Shown here: positions 10,224 through 19,001 of the stretch, piece after piece | Position numbering within the stretch: the stretch's first letter is position 1 | Layout: each line of letters opens with the position of its first letter | Source of the DNA: an uncultured Planctomycetaceae bacterium | Lineage (GTDB): Bacteria; Planctomycetota; Planctomycetia; Isosphaerales; Isosphaeraceae | Direction of reading: 5' to 3' | Length of the DNA: 64,000 nt | NCBI GenBank assembly: GCA_963833985.1 | Contig: CAWIAD010000002.1 | Span: 3,680,001 to 3,744,000 of the forward strand | Position numbers and translations under genes: made by a program | The notes under the pieces: model-generated | The model's input: only the letters and a program-made list of their open reading frames with translations | Databases searched by the model: none | What the model was told of the DNA's origin: nothing

Positions 10224-11609
10224 CTACCGTTCAGACGAACGCTTCAGAGACAGCGAGATCATCAACGTGTTGGGAGCCTGATAGGAGCGAAGACTCCTCG
10301 GTCTCTCACTGGTTTCGCTTGCGTTGTAGACGTAGCACATCCGTAGCGTGTCGCCGTCTAATTCGTAGATACCCTTGAACCATTGGTGCCCGCCGAGTGG
10401 TCCCTTCCCGTGAAAGTCGAAGGTTCGTGCTGCCTGATCGATTTTTATATTGCCAACGTAAACCCCGTTCTTGCCCTCTCTGATCCGGGACATTACGAAG
10501 TTGTCACCCGAGATGGTGATCCGACGTTCCTGGGTGATTGGGTCCGCCACACCGTTGGACTCCTCGGTAACCATGACCCAATGACCTTGAAGCTGGTTGA
10601 GGACATCCAGGGGCGCTTTAGAGGTCTCGAAGCCAGCCGGGTCTATCTGCGCCGGAATGGAAGCTGACGGCAAAGCCGCCACCCTAGGTAGCGTGAAAGG
10701 GTCCGAGGACTTGACTTCGAGAGTCTCGCCGGTGTGTTGGATCGGAACGCTCGGATTCCCACGCTGCTGCACTGTCGGCTCGGGGGAGGTGTTCTGCGTG
10801 AGTGATGGTGCCCTCGCGGCTTCGGGAGCGACCGGACCTCGGTTCGGCATCAAGAACCCGATGAAGCCAGCGCCAGCAAGCCCAAGCAAGATCCACAGCC
10901 AGGTAGGGTTGCTCCCCTGCCGTGTTGCGCGGATACGAGGAAGAGGAGTCGGAACTGTCTCGGTCTTATAGCCACTGGCTACTCCTAGGGCTTCCGGCGC
11001 ATCTTCATCACTAATGACACGGCGTGATCGGTAGGACGTATCAACTGGCTTACCATCCGCGAACACCGCTCTGTCGTCCCGGACCTTACTGCCTGCCTCC
11101 TTCCAGAAGCGCTCATCATCTGACCCAATCTTGGGAGCGGAGTCGCCGGGTGGAACCCTTGTCCCAAGGGTCGGCACTGGACGGGTGGGATCGATGAGGA
11201 GCATCTCCTGCACGTCCTCGTTGGCTCCTTCCACATCCCCGATGGCGCTACGGCATTCCGCTCGTATCGAGAACGCGGCTGAATTACGTGGATCGATGGT
11301 CAGGGCATACGTGGCGTCGGCGATAGCCTGGTCGAAGTGGTTCCGCCGCTTGAGGATCTCGGCACGAATAACGAATGGACTAGGGTTTTGAGGGTCAAAA
11401 CGTATGGCGACAGCAAGATCGGCAAGAGCCCGGTCAGGGTGCTTGAGCCTACGGTGGGCTTCTGCCCGCACCAGATAAGCGGCGGGTTGCTTGCCGTCTC
11501 GGCGGATCGCCTCGGTTGCCTGCCCGACTGCTTCGTGAAGTTCACCCTTACCCAGATGCAGCCTCGCAGCCTGGAGCAGTCGGTCGACCTCGGTAGCGGG
11601 CGAACTCAT
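10224..11609 (-). CDS. TPR - TM - TIGR03067 (planctomycete) domain protein
   Basis: Start MSSPATEVDRLL at 11609; TPR block nearly identical to the 5355-8612 protein; TM WLWILLGLAGAGFIGFL; C-terminal LQGHW..ITISGD..KGIYELDGDTLRMCY..ERP is the TIGR03067 signature. Confidence 0.85.
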   Translation of the reverse strand: MSSPATEVDRLLQAARLHLGKGELHEAVGQATEAIRRDGKQPAAYLVRAEAHRRLKHPDRALADLAVAIRFDPQNPSPFVIRAEILKRRNHFDQAIADATYALTIDPRNSAAFSIRAECRSAIGDVEGANEDVQEMLLIDPTRPVPTLGTRVPPGDSAPKIGSDDERFWKEAGSKVRDDRAVFADGKPVDTSYRSRRVISDEDAPEALGVASGYKTETVPTPLPRIRATRQGSNPTWLWILLGLAGAGFIGFLMPNRGPVAPEAARAPSLTQNTSPEPTVQQRGNPSVPIQHTGETLEVKSSDPFTLPRVAALPSASIPAQIDPAGFETSKAPLDVLNQLQGHWVMVTEESNGVADPITQERRITISGDNFVMSRIREGKNGVYVGNIKIDQAARTFDFHGKGPLGGHQWFKGIYELDGDTLRMCYVYNASETSERPRSLRSYQAPNTLMISLSLKRSSER

Positions 11610-11618
11610 CGTCGCCTT

Positions 11619-11646
11619 CTTTCCTCGAATGATCACCTGCCTGCCG
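11619..11646 (-). repeat. Conserved 28-bp leader copy 3
   Basis: CTTTCCTCGAATGATCACCTGCCTGCCG, 1 mismatch to copy 1. Confidence 0.9.
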
Positions 11647-11904
11647 CCAAACAACTGAACCTGTTGCGCTGAGTCCCACGCCCTCGTGAATGACGGTCCC
11701 AGCCCCAACGACCGCTTCTGGCTACCTGGGAAAGCGGAAGCAGATGGCAATCAGGCTCACCAGTCGCGCGATCCCGGTGAGAGAACGGTCGCCCCTCTCG
11801 GCGGTGTCAGTCCACGACACCCAGGGCTGACGGGCGACCACGCCCGCACTCCTTCCATGATAAAATGCGCCGGGGCTGAATACTAGTTATTGTCTGTCTA
11901 TTTA

Positions 11905-11941
11905 TCGACTGTCGAGTCGAAGGAGGCACCCATCATAAACT
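11905..11941 (+). promoter_or_regulatory. Palindromic operator and -10 box for a probably leaderless XRE gene
   Basis: TCGACT-gtcg-AGTCGA inverted repeat (11905-11920); TAAACT at 11936-11941, 7 nt before the ATG at 11949. Confidence 0.5.
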
Positions 11942-11948
11942 CGCCCCG

Positions 11949-12185
11949 ATGCAAGACATCCGCAAACGCTTCGGAGACCGCATCCGAGCACTCCGCAACG
12001 ACCGATGCTGGTCGCAGGAGGAGCTTGCCGACCGGGCGGGCTTGCACCGCACGTACATCGGCTCGGTTGAACGCGGCGAACAAAACCTCAGCCTGGTCAA
12101 CATCGAGCGGCTCGCCGCCACTCTGGGCGTGTCCCTGGCTGAGTTGTTCGCTCCTTTCGCAGACCAGCCCGCCCCGCCTTCCTGA
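11949..12185 (+). CDS. XRE-family HTH regulator, R-M controller (C) protein-like
   Basis: FGDRIRALR...SQEELADRAGLHRTYIGSVERGEQNLSLVNIERLAATLGVSLAELF. Confidence 0.92.
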   Translation: MQDIRKRFGDRIRALRNDRCWSQEELADRAGLHRTYIGSVERGEQNLSLVNIERLAATLGVSLAELFAPFADQPAPPS

Positions 12186-12309
12186 ATCCCCGACCAGGCA
12201 ATGCGCCCTGGACTCGCTGACACCGCCGAGCGTCCCGGACGACCGCTCCCCGACCTCCTCCGTGGACTTGGGGATTGCCAGGCGGTCCTGGGTGGGAGGC
12301 TCGGTGTTG

Positions 12310-12681
12310 ATGTCTCGGAAGCTTGACGAGAGGCTCAGGATGGTCCTGGCGATCGCTGAGGCGATGCGGCATGAGTTCGGCGTGGGGATCGACGCTCATC
12401 CCGGAGGACAAGGGATCGAAGCGGGGTCGATCAACAGAGCGCTCCGGGTGGCTGCCAGGACGATCGTCGCCGATGTCACCACGGAAGGGGACGACACGGC
12501 GAAGCTCTTGACGCAGGTTTTACGGCAGGCAGCGCTACGGCGGCTGACGGAACTTGGCGTACGGCTGGAAGACGCTGAGGTATTGATCTGTTCAGAGCCG
12601 AAGCTGGGGGACCGCTGGATCACTTACCTGGCGCTCGCCCCGGTTGCAGTCATCGATGATCTGCTTGATCATCGACACTGA
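12310..12681 (+). CDS. Hypothetical protein
   Basis: GGAGG upstream; plausible helical 123-aa protein (MSRKLDERLRMVLAIAEAMRHEFG...). Confidence 0.5.
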   Translation: MSRKLDERLRMVLAIAEAMRHEFGVGIDAHPGGQGIEAGSINRALRVAARTIVADVTTEGDDTAKLLTQVLRQAALRRLTELGVRLEDAEVLICSEPKLGDRWITYLALAPVAVIDDLLDHRH

Positions 12682-12727
12682 ACTCACTTTGCTAGCCCTG
12701 GCGTGCTGGACGCCAAGTCGCAAGTCC

Positions 12728-13363
12728 TTAAAGCCAACCCCCGCCAGCCTTTATCTTGTCAATCTCGTCGATGAACACGATGCCCCTTTGTGCGGCTTCC
12801 AGGTCACCACCGGCAGCTTGGATCAATCTGACGAGCAGGCTTTCCACGTCCTCACCGACGTAGCCAGCCTCGGTGAGAGACGTGGCATCACCAATCGCGA
12901 TGGGAACGTTGAGGTAACTTGCCAGGCTTCTGACTAGGTGGGTTTTGCCTGAGCCCGAGGGACCGATCAGGAGGATGTTGCTCTTCTCGATTCGCACATC
13001 CCGTAGGTCGCGGTCAGCGATTATCGGGTCGGGAGCGTCACGATCCCAGGCATCGATGAGACGCTTGTAGTGGTTGGTGACTCCAAGCGCGAGTCGCCTT
13101 TTGGCGATCTCTTGCCCGATGACGTATTGGTCAAGATGAGCAACCAGGGACTTGGGGGAAGGGATCGACGCGAGACGCGCCTCACGGGAGGGGGGATCAG
13201 CGGGTGGGGTTGGCTCGGGGACTGGCTGGGGAGTGATCTCGGTGACCGCCTGGGCGGCACAGGTGCCACAGATGCGGATTGGATTGTCCCACACGCCGCC
13301 CTCGAAAAGCTGGGTGGTCACTTGTTTGCCGAAGTCACAGGAAGAAGGTTGGTCATCGGGCAT
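12728..13363 (-). pseudogene. clpX: Truncated ClpX-like AAA+ ATPase (ends just after Walker B)
   Basis: [66 protein letters not shown] then stop; degenerate N-terminal Zn finger. Confidence 0.85.
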
Positions 13364-13701
13364 GGGGACACCGGGGATCAGAGGCGTACCGCGACCACCA
13401 CGATGGCAGTCGGATGCCCCCTCCGTCGGTGTCAGGCACTTGTGAGCCGATAGCTTGCAGGTCCGAAGGGAGGATGGGTCGGGCTGGCACTGGGCGGTGA
13501 TTTGAAGACCGGTACAGCCGGGGCGTGCTTCACTTGAGGGGTGCTCGGGAGGTGGGCTCTAGCAAAGGCTGATCCGGGTATTGACTCTCTTGAATCGAGA
13601 TTCGTCCGTACTCCGGTGAAGTACCCGGGAGTTAGGGTGAAAGCGAGTATCAGATCGTTGATGGATGGACTTGCGGCGGAACGCAGGGAACGTTGCAGGA
13701 C

Positions 13702-13729
13702 AAAAAAACCCTGGCGGTATGCCAGGGTT
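13702..13729 (-). terminator. Rho-independent terminator downstream of tRNA-Ala
   Basis: Minus strand AACCCTGGC-ATACC-GCCAGGGTT running into a T-tract. Confidence 0.75.
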
Positions 13730-13825
13730 CTTCTCGAAGCTCTCTAATTCTTCGGTTCCAGTGGTCTGTCAGGAGGTGCCATCTGAGGTCCGTAGATGAT
13801 GCCAACCTCCCTTTTGCCTTCCCGT

Positions 13826-13861
13826 TTTATCACAGGATTTATCACAGAATTTATCACAAAA
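13826..13861. repeat. Three tandem 12-bp direct repeats TTTATCACA(G/A)(G/A)A, putative integrase arm-type sites
   Basis: TTTATCACAGGA TTTATCACAGAA TTTATCACAAAA about 40 bp from the tRNA 3' end. Confidence 0.7.
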
Positions 13862-13899
13862 TTGGCTTGTCGCAAGTCCTTATGGCTATTGGCTTTAGG

Positions 13900-13975
<76 letters not shown>

Positions 13976-14037
13976 TGTGTCGAGCAATACCGCGACCGGA
14001 AACATCGGTCGTCGCTCGCTTTTCATCAGCAAGAACC

Positions 14038-14066
14038 ATCATAGCCTCCATCCCGATCCGGTTCAA
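14038..14066 (-). promoter_or_regulatory. Sigma70-type promoter for tRNA-Ala
   Basis: TTGAAC-17 nt-TATGAT on the minus strand about 64 nt upstream of the tRNA. Confidence 0.7.
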
Positions 14067-14135
14067 TCTCTTCATGGGACGATCTCGACCAGGGGTCGGC
14101 TAGGCGGCCGGCATACGCCCGGAGACTCGGGGCGG

Positions 14136-15632
14136 TCATGCCAGGATGTGCGCGGTGGGGATGCCCGCTTGCCGCTCGGCGTTGAGGATGGCGTCGAACG
14201 CGGCCGACTTGTAGAGACCGCCGAGCGTGGGAAGGTTGAAGCAGGTCTCGTCGAACATCTTCGCCCGGCCGTGCGCAAGCATGGCCATCATGCCAATGTG
14301 CACCACGTCGGTGGCCTGCTCGCCGATGATGTGCGCTCCGAGGAGTTCCAGGTCGGGAAGGCCGAACAGCAGCTTCAGGAAGCCGCTCGTGTCTCCGCAG
14401 ATGCGCCCCCTTGCGTTGTCGGCATAGGACGCGTGGCCAACCACGTAACCGATACCCTTTGACTTGAGGGAATCCTCCGTCTCGCCGACCATGCCGATCT
14501 CGGGAATTGTCCAGATCCCGTGCGGCAGGATCTGTGGATTACCCTCGTAGACACCAAAGCCGAAGGCGTGCCGCACGGCACGTCGGGCTTGCTCCATGCT
14601 CGTCGAGGCGAGGGCCGGAAAACCGATCACGTCGCCAGCGGCATAGATGTGGGGGATGTTCGTACGGAAGGAATCATCCACGGTGACGAGGCCGTGATCG
14701 CCCAGAGTGACCCCTGCGGCTTCCAGGTTCAGTCCGGCCGTATTGCTGTGCCTCCCCACAGCCACGAGGACCTCGTCGACCGTGAGCACCTGGCCCGAGC
14801 TGAGTTTGAGCAGGAACTGAGCAGGCTTGCCCTGCGCCGGAGGTTCCTGCCTGGTGCACGACTCGGCGCGCTCCTTCCAGTGGAAGACGATACCGCTTCG
14901 TTCCATCTGGGCGACCAGAGCACGCGAGATCGCACTGTCAAGGAACGGCATCAGCACGTCGCGACTATCAATAATATGAACCTCGGTCCCGAGCGCGGCG
15001 AAGGTGCACGCGTATTCACTGCCGATGGTTCCGGCACCGACGACGGCCATGGTCCGGGGGATGACCACCAGGTCGAGCAGCGTGTCGGAATCGTACACGC
15101 CCGGTCCGAAGGGGAACATCGCCGGGCGGACGGGTGACGAGCCGGTTGCAATGAGAATCGTTTCACCGCGGAGGCGGATCTCGCCGTCGTTGCTGGCCGC
15201 CTCCACCTTGTGCTGGTCTTGCGCCTGGCTTCGAGGAATCGTCTGCACCCGCACCGTGTGCGCGTCCTCGAACGTGGCGTCCCCGAAGACGACATCGGCG
15301 TGAAAGGCATCAAGCTGCTGAGCAAACTGGGCGTTGAGGCCGCTCTTCACCCGGCGTTCATGCCTCAGGAAGTCTCCGACCGTCGCCTCGCGGCGAAGCG
15401 AGAGATCCACGCCGTAAAGATCACGCGAGCGTAGGCCGGACAGGGCCACGGCCGTCTCGCGCAGGGTCTTGCTCGGCACTGTCCCGGTGTTCGCGCCTGC
15501 GCCTCCGAGCTCGTGATGACGATCCACGAGGGCCACCGTCTTGCCCAGGATTCGTGCGGTCGCGACTCCGTTGAGCCCCGCGGGCCCGCCGCCAATCACG
15601 ATCAAGTCGTACGATCGGAGCTCATCAGTCAT
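14136..15632 (-). CDS. sthA: Soluble (Si-specific) pyridine nucleotide transhydrogenase
   Basis: YDLIVIGGGPAG, GTVPSKTLRE lacking the redox CxxxxC, AAGDVIGFPALASTSMEQAR, FNLPTL; start MTDELRSY at 15632. Confidence 0.88.
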   Translation of the reverse strand: MTDELRSYDLIVIGGGPAGLNGVATARILGKTVALVDRHHELGGAGANTGTVPSKTLRETAVALSGLRSRDLYGVDLSLRREATVGDFLRHERRVKSGLNAQFAQQLDAFHADVVFGDATFEDAHTVRVQTIPRSQAQDQHKVEAASNDGEIRLRGETILIATGSSPVRPAMFPFGPGVYDSDTLLDLVVIPRTMAVVGAGTIGSEYACTFAALGTEVHIIDSRDVLMPFLDSAISRALVAQMERSGIVFHWKERAESCTRQEPPAQGKPAQFLLKLSSGQVLTVDEVLVAVGRHSNTAGLNLEAAGVTLGDHGLVTVDDSFRTNIPHIYAAGDVIGFPALASTSMEQARRAVRHAFGFGVYEGNPQILPHGIWTIPEIGMVGETEDSLKSKGIGYVVGHASYADNARGRICGDTSGFLKLLFGLPDLELLGAHIIGEQATDVVHIGMMAMLAHGRAKMFDETCFNLPTLGGLYKSAAFDAILNAERQAGIPTAHILA

Positions 15633-15858
15633 CGTGGTCCTCGGAATTGGCTTCCCGGTCGGCTCCTGGAGTGCAAAGCGCATTCCCGATCCAGGCCGTG
15701 ATCGCTCGCAGGTGATCATCGCGCTCACAGCGGGCCGGGTCAATCGCGATTCCACGGAACAGCACGAGCGTGGACGCTTTCCGCGTCTTTGGAATCGCGA
15801 AACGCATCCACGCTCGAAGTTCGATAGGCCAGGACGGGCTGCTCGGGGCGGGAACCGA

Positions 15859-16599
15859 TCAGCTTACCGGGTTGCATGCTTCGGAGAAGTGCGCCATGTC
15901 CTGAGCGACGGCAAGTGAGAGCGACGGAGAAACCGATGGCTTGGGTGCTCTGGAGTCGGCGAACAGAGGAAACCTGAAGAAGCGGGCGATGCTTCCGGGA
16001 GAGACCGCGAGGATATGAGGCACGGTGGCCAGGATGATGCGGATATCGAGCCAGAGACACCAGTGATCCACGTAGTGCAGGTCAAAGTCGAGCTTGCTGC
16101 GGACCATGTTGAGGTCGGTGTCGGGCGGCTGCAAGACCTGCGCCAGACCTGTCAGACCGGGACGGACGTCGAGACGACGGCAATACCTCGGCAGCGCCTT
16201 CTCGAGCTGGACAATGATTTCGGGCCGTTCCGGCCGGGGTCCGACCAGGCTCATGTTTCCCTGAAGGATATTCACCAGCTGCGGAAGCTCATCAAGGTGC
16301 GTGCAACGGAGCAGCTTGCCGACGGGAGTCACCCTTGGATCTCCGGGCAAGCACCAGCGGGCTCCCTCAGGCTCGCTATCGAGATACATGGTGCGGATCT
16401 TGTAGATCGTGAATGGCTGCCCTTTCCGGCCCAGCCGTTTCTGAGCGTAGATTACCGAGCCTCTCGAGGTCATACGGACAAGTACCAGAGCGACGACGAT
16501 GATGGGCATCGCGGCGATAAGCATCAGTAGCGCGAGAAGGAACTCAAGCAGGTCCTTGATCTGGCGCGAAGGCGGATCAAGGACCGTCTCCGGCGCCAT
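15859..16599 (-). CDS. Bacterial sugar transferase (priming glycosyltransferase)
   Basis: YKIRTM..DPRVTPVGKLLR.THLDELPQLVNILQGNMSLVGPRPERP..RPGLTGLAQV..DLHYV; start uncertain. Confidence 0.92.
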   Translation of the reverse strand: MAPETVLDPPSRQIKDLLEFLLALLMLIAAMPIIVVALVLVRMTSRGSVIYAQKRLGRKGQPFTIYKIRTMYLDSEPEGARWCLPGDPRVTPVGKLLRCTHLDELPQLVNILQGNMSLVGPRPERPEIIVQLEKALPRYCRRLDVRPGLTGLAQVLQPPDTDLNMVRSKLDFDLHYVDHWCLWLDIRIILATVPHILAVSPGSIARFFRFPLFADSRAPKPSVSPSLSLAVAQDMAHFSEACNPVS

Positions 16600-17661
16600 G
16601 GCTTGTCTGTCGTCTGAAATGGCTTGCTCATATAAAAGAGGCACGTCTTTAGATCCCTTCGACCATGGAGGCGCGAAACTCAAGGCAGACTCAACCAGGT
16701 ACAGCGAGCCGGCTGCGAGACACCCCGAGTCCCGGCAGGGCCCGGCTCAGTCACAATCGCACGTCTTGCACAACCCCAGCCCCACGTGCGGCACGATGGC
16801 TCGCCCTCAGGCTCCAGTAGCCATGGGCACAACATACCACGCGAGACCAATCTAATGCACAATAGCAACTAATCATGGCGGTTCAAGTCTTTTCCTCGCG
16901 ATCAGGACCCGTCGCGCTTTTCAGGTTGCCCGATTTCACCAAGGCTGCATTTTTCTAATCCTGGAGTAGCGTTCAGTGCACTCAGTGCCACCCGATCCAG
17001 CAACGATCGGTATCGACGGAAACGTGATCGTTCAGAAACATTCGTGATTCAAGCAGACGGCCCGGTGTACAAGAGCTTTTTTGGCAGGTTCGGATCGCTT
17101 GATAGGACATCTCCCGTGGTGCGTGAACCCGTAGCCCATATGTGGCGGCGCACAGGGGATCGCAATTCCAGTAGTCGTATGTTCGACACCAGGGACCCTG
17201 ACGACTGCTCTCCTGGAACTTAAATCGTACCAAGAGTGGTACTTACGACATCAACGATGGAAGCGATCGCGAGTATAGCCAGATCCGGTCGATCTCGGCT
17301 CACTGGCCCTATCTTCTGCCTGCGCAATGGTTCCAGGCACGTGACAATCCAAAACGCATAAGTGCAATCATACACCCGTGTACTCACGGTGGGAGCATGC
17401 GTCAATGCACAATAACATGATGCCATGCACTCAAGTTATTTTAGGCGCCACAAATGATGCACGAAAAGGTGCCCAGGCCTCCGAAGGGACTCCCGGACCC
17501 GAGATGGAGGGGCAGGCGTCGCCTCTCCCTTGACTGCCATTAGGGAGCGCCTGGTGGGCGGAGGAATGCCGTTGACCAGACCACGGAGCCCCTCAGAGCC
17601 GTTGCGAAAAAACAACACGCCCGTCGGGTCCCGGCCCGTATCGTGAGGGCCGATTCGCTTT

Positions 17662-18654
17662 CTACCCGTTCACGGCTTGCATGGCCTGGGGAGGGTAGCG
17701 ATCACCCGATGCGAGTCCGGCGGGAATCAACAGATCGATCTGCGAAAGTTCCTCTGATGTGAGGTGAATACTCAGGGCTCCGAGGTTCTCGTCGAGGTAG
17801 CCGGCCCGCTTGGTCCCCGGAATGGGCACGATGTCTTCCCCTTGAGCCAGAACCCACGCGAGAGCGAGCTGGCTGGGCGTGCAGCCCTTGGCCCGGGCCA
17901 GGTCCTTGATCCTCTCGACAAGCTCGATGTTCTTGTGGAAGTTGTCGCCCTGGAAGCGGGGCGCCTGGCGGCGGTAGTCATCAGCGGCCAGGTCATCGAT
18001 GGATCGGAACTGTCCGGTGAGGAAGCCACGGCCCAGGGGACTGTAGGCGACGAATCCGACCCCGAGCTCGCGCACGAGGGGCAGCACCTCGGACTCTGGT
18101 TCGCGGCTCCAGAGCGAGTATTCGGTCTGAAGGGCCGCGATCGGGTGAACCGTACTTGCCCGCCGGATGGTTGCGGGCGCGGCTTCGGAGAGGCCGAGGT
18201 ACCGCACCTTTCCCGCCTTGACCAGATCGGCCATGGCCGTCACTGTTTCCTCGATCGGGGTCTTTGGATCAACGCGGTGCTGGTAGTAGAGGTCGATCAC
18301 ATCCACGTTCAGCCGCCTGAGGCTTTCGTCGCAGCATTGCCGGACGTAATCACGGTCGCCCCGAACGCCGAGGAACTCTCCCTTTTCGCCGCGCACATTG
18401 CCGAACTTTGTGGCCACGACCACCTGTTGCCGCCGTCCCTGGATGGCTTTGCCCACAAGCAGCTCGTTGCGGCCCGTCCCGTACATGTCCGCCGTATCGA
18501 GGAAGGTGCCGCCGGCGTCGAGATAGCGCTGGATGACGCGGATCGACTCGGATTCATCCATCCGGGAGGGGTCATAGAACTCGCTCATCCCCATGCACCC
18601 CAGGCCCAGCGCCGAGACGCGCAGTCCACCACGGCCGAGCTCGCGTGCTTTCAT
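17662..18654 (-). CDS. Aldo/keto reductase
   Basis: [51 protein letters not shown]; start MKARELG at 18654. Confidence 0.95.
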   Translation of the reverse strand: MKARELGRGGLRVSALGLGCMGMSEFYDPSRMDESESIRVIQRYLDAGGTFLDTADMYGTGRNELLVGKAIQGRRQQVVVATKFGNVRGEKGEFLGVRGDRDYVRQCCDESLRRLNVDVIDLYYQHRVDPKTPIEETVTAMADLVKAGKVRYLGLSEAAPATIRRASTVHPIAALQTEYSLWSREPESEVLPLVRELGVGFVAYSPLGRGFLTGQFRSIDDLAADDYRRQAPRFQGDNFHKNIELVERIKDLARAKGCTPSQLALAWVLAQGEDIVPIPGTKRAGYLDENLGALSIHLTSEELSQIDLLIPAGLASGDRYPPQAMQAVNG

Positions 18655-19001
18655 TGTTCTTCCTCGCTGGCTGCGGGCAAGCCATCGTGACGATTCGACG
18701 CTGATCGCCGACGGTCCGTGCCGGTCATTGAACTCGGGATGATGCCTCGAGGACATCCGCTGGATCGGACAGGCCACTGCTGCCTAGAATAGAGTATTCA
18801 CGGTCCAGGGTCACGTGTCACATGATAGGTGCACGGGCGTAAAATGTTGTCAAATCCCCGGCCGTCTTCCACGGTTCAGGATGCTGGCTTCGCGGTTGGC
18901 GTCCTGAACGTGCAAGGGCTCTGGCCTCGACACGAGGTCGATCGGTCCGCGGGCTTGCGAGCAGGTGCGGCTCCAGAGTACCGCCACCCGGGGAGACGTC
19001 C

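Noticed and set aside
8624..11646. CRISPR array or integron attC sites from the 28-bp repeats
   Set aside because: Copies are about 1.5 kb apart, sit at gene starts, lack attC R/L box symmetry, and no cas or intI gene is present.
13826..13861. DnaA boxes or replication origin
   Set aside because: TTATCACA lacks a base of TTATCCACA, and there is no dnaA or DUE context; the position next to an att site fits integrase arm sites better.
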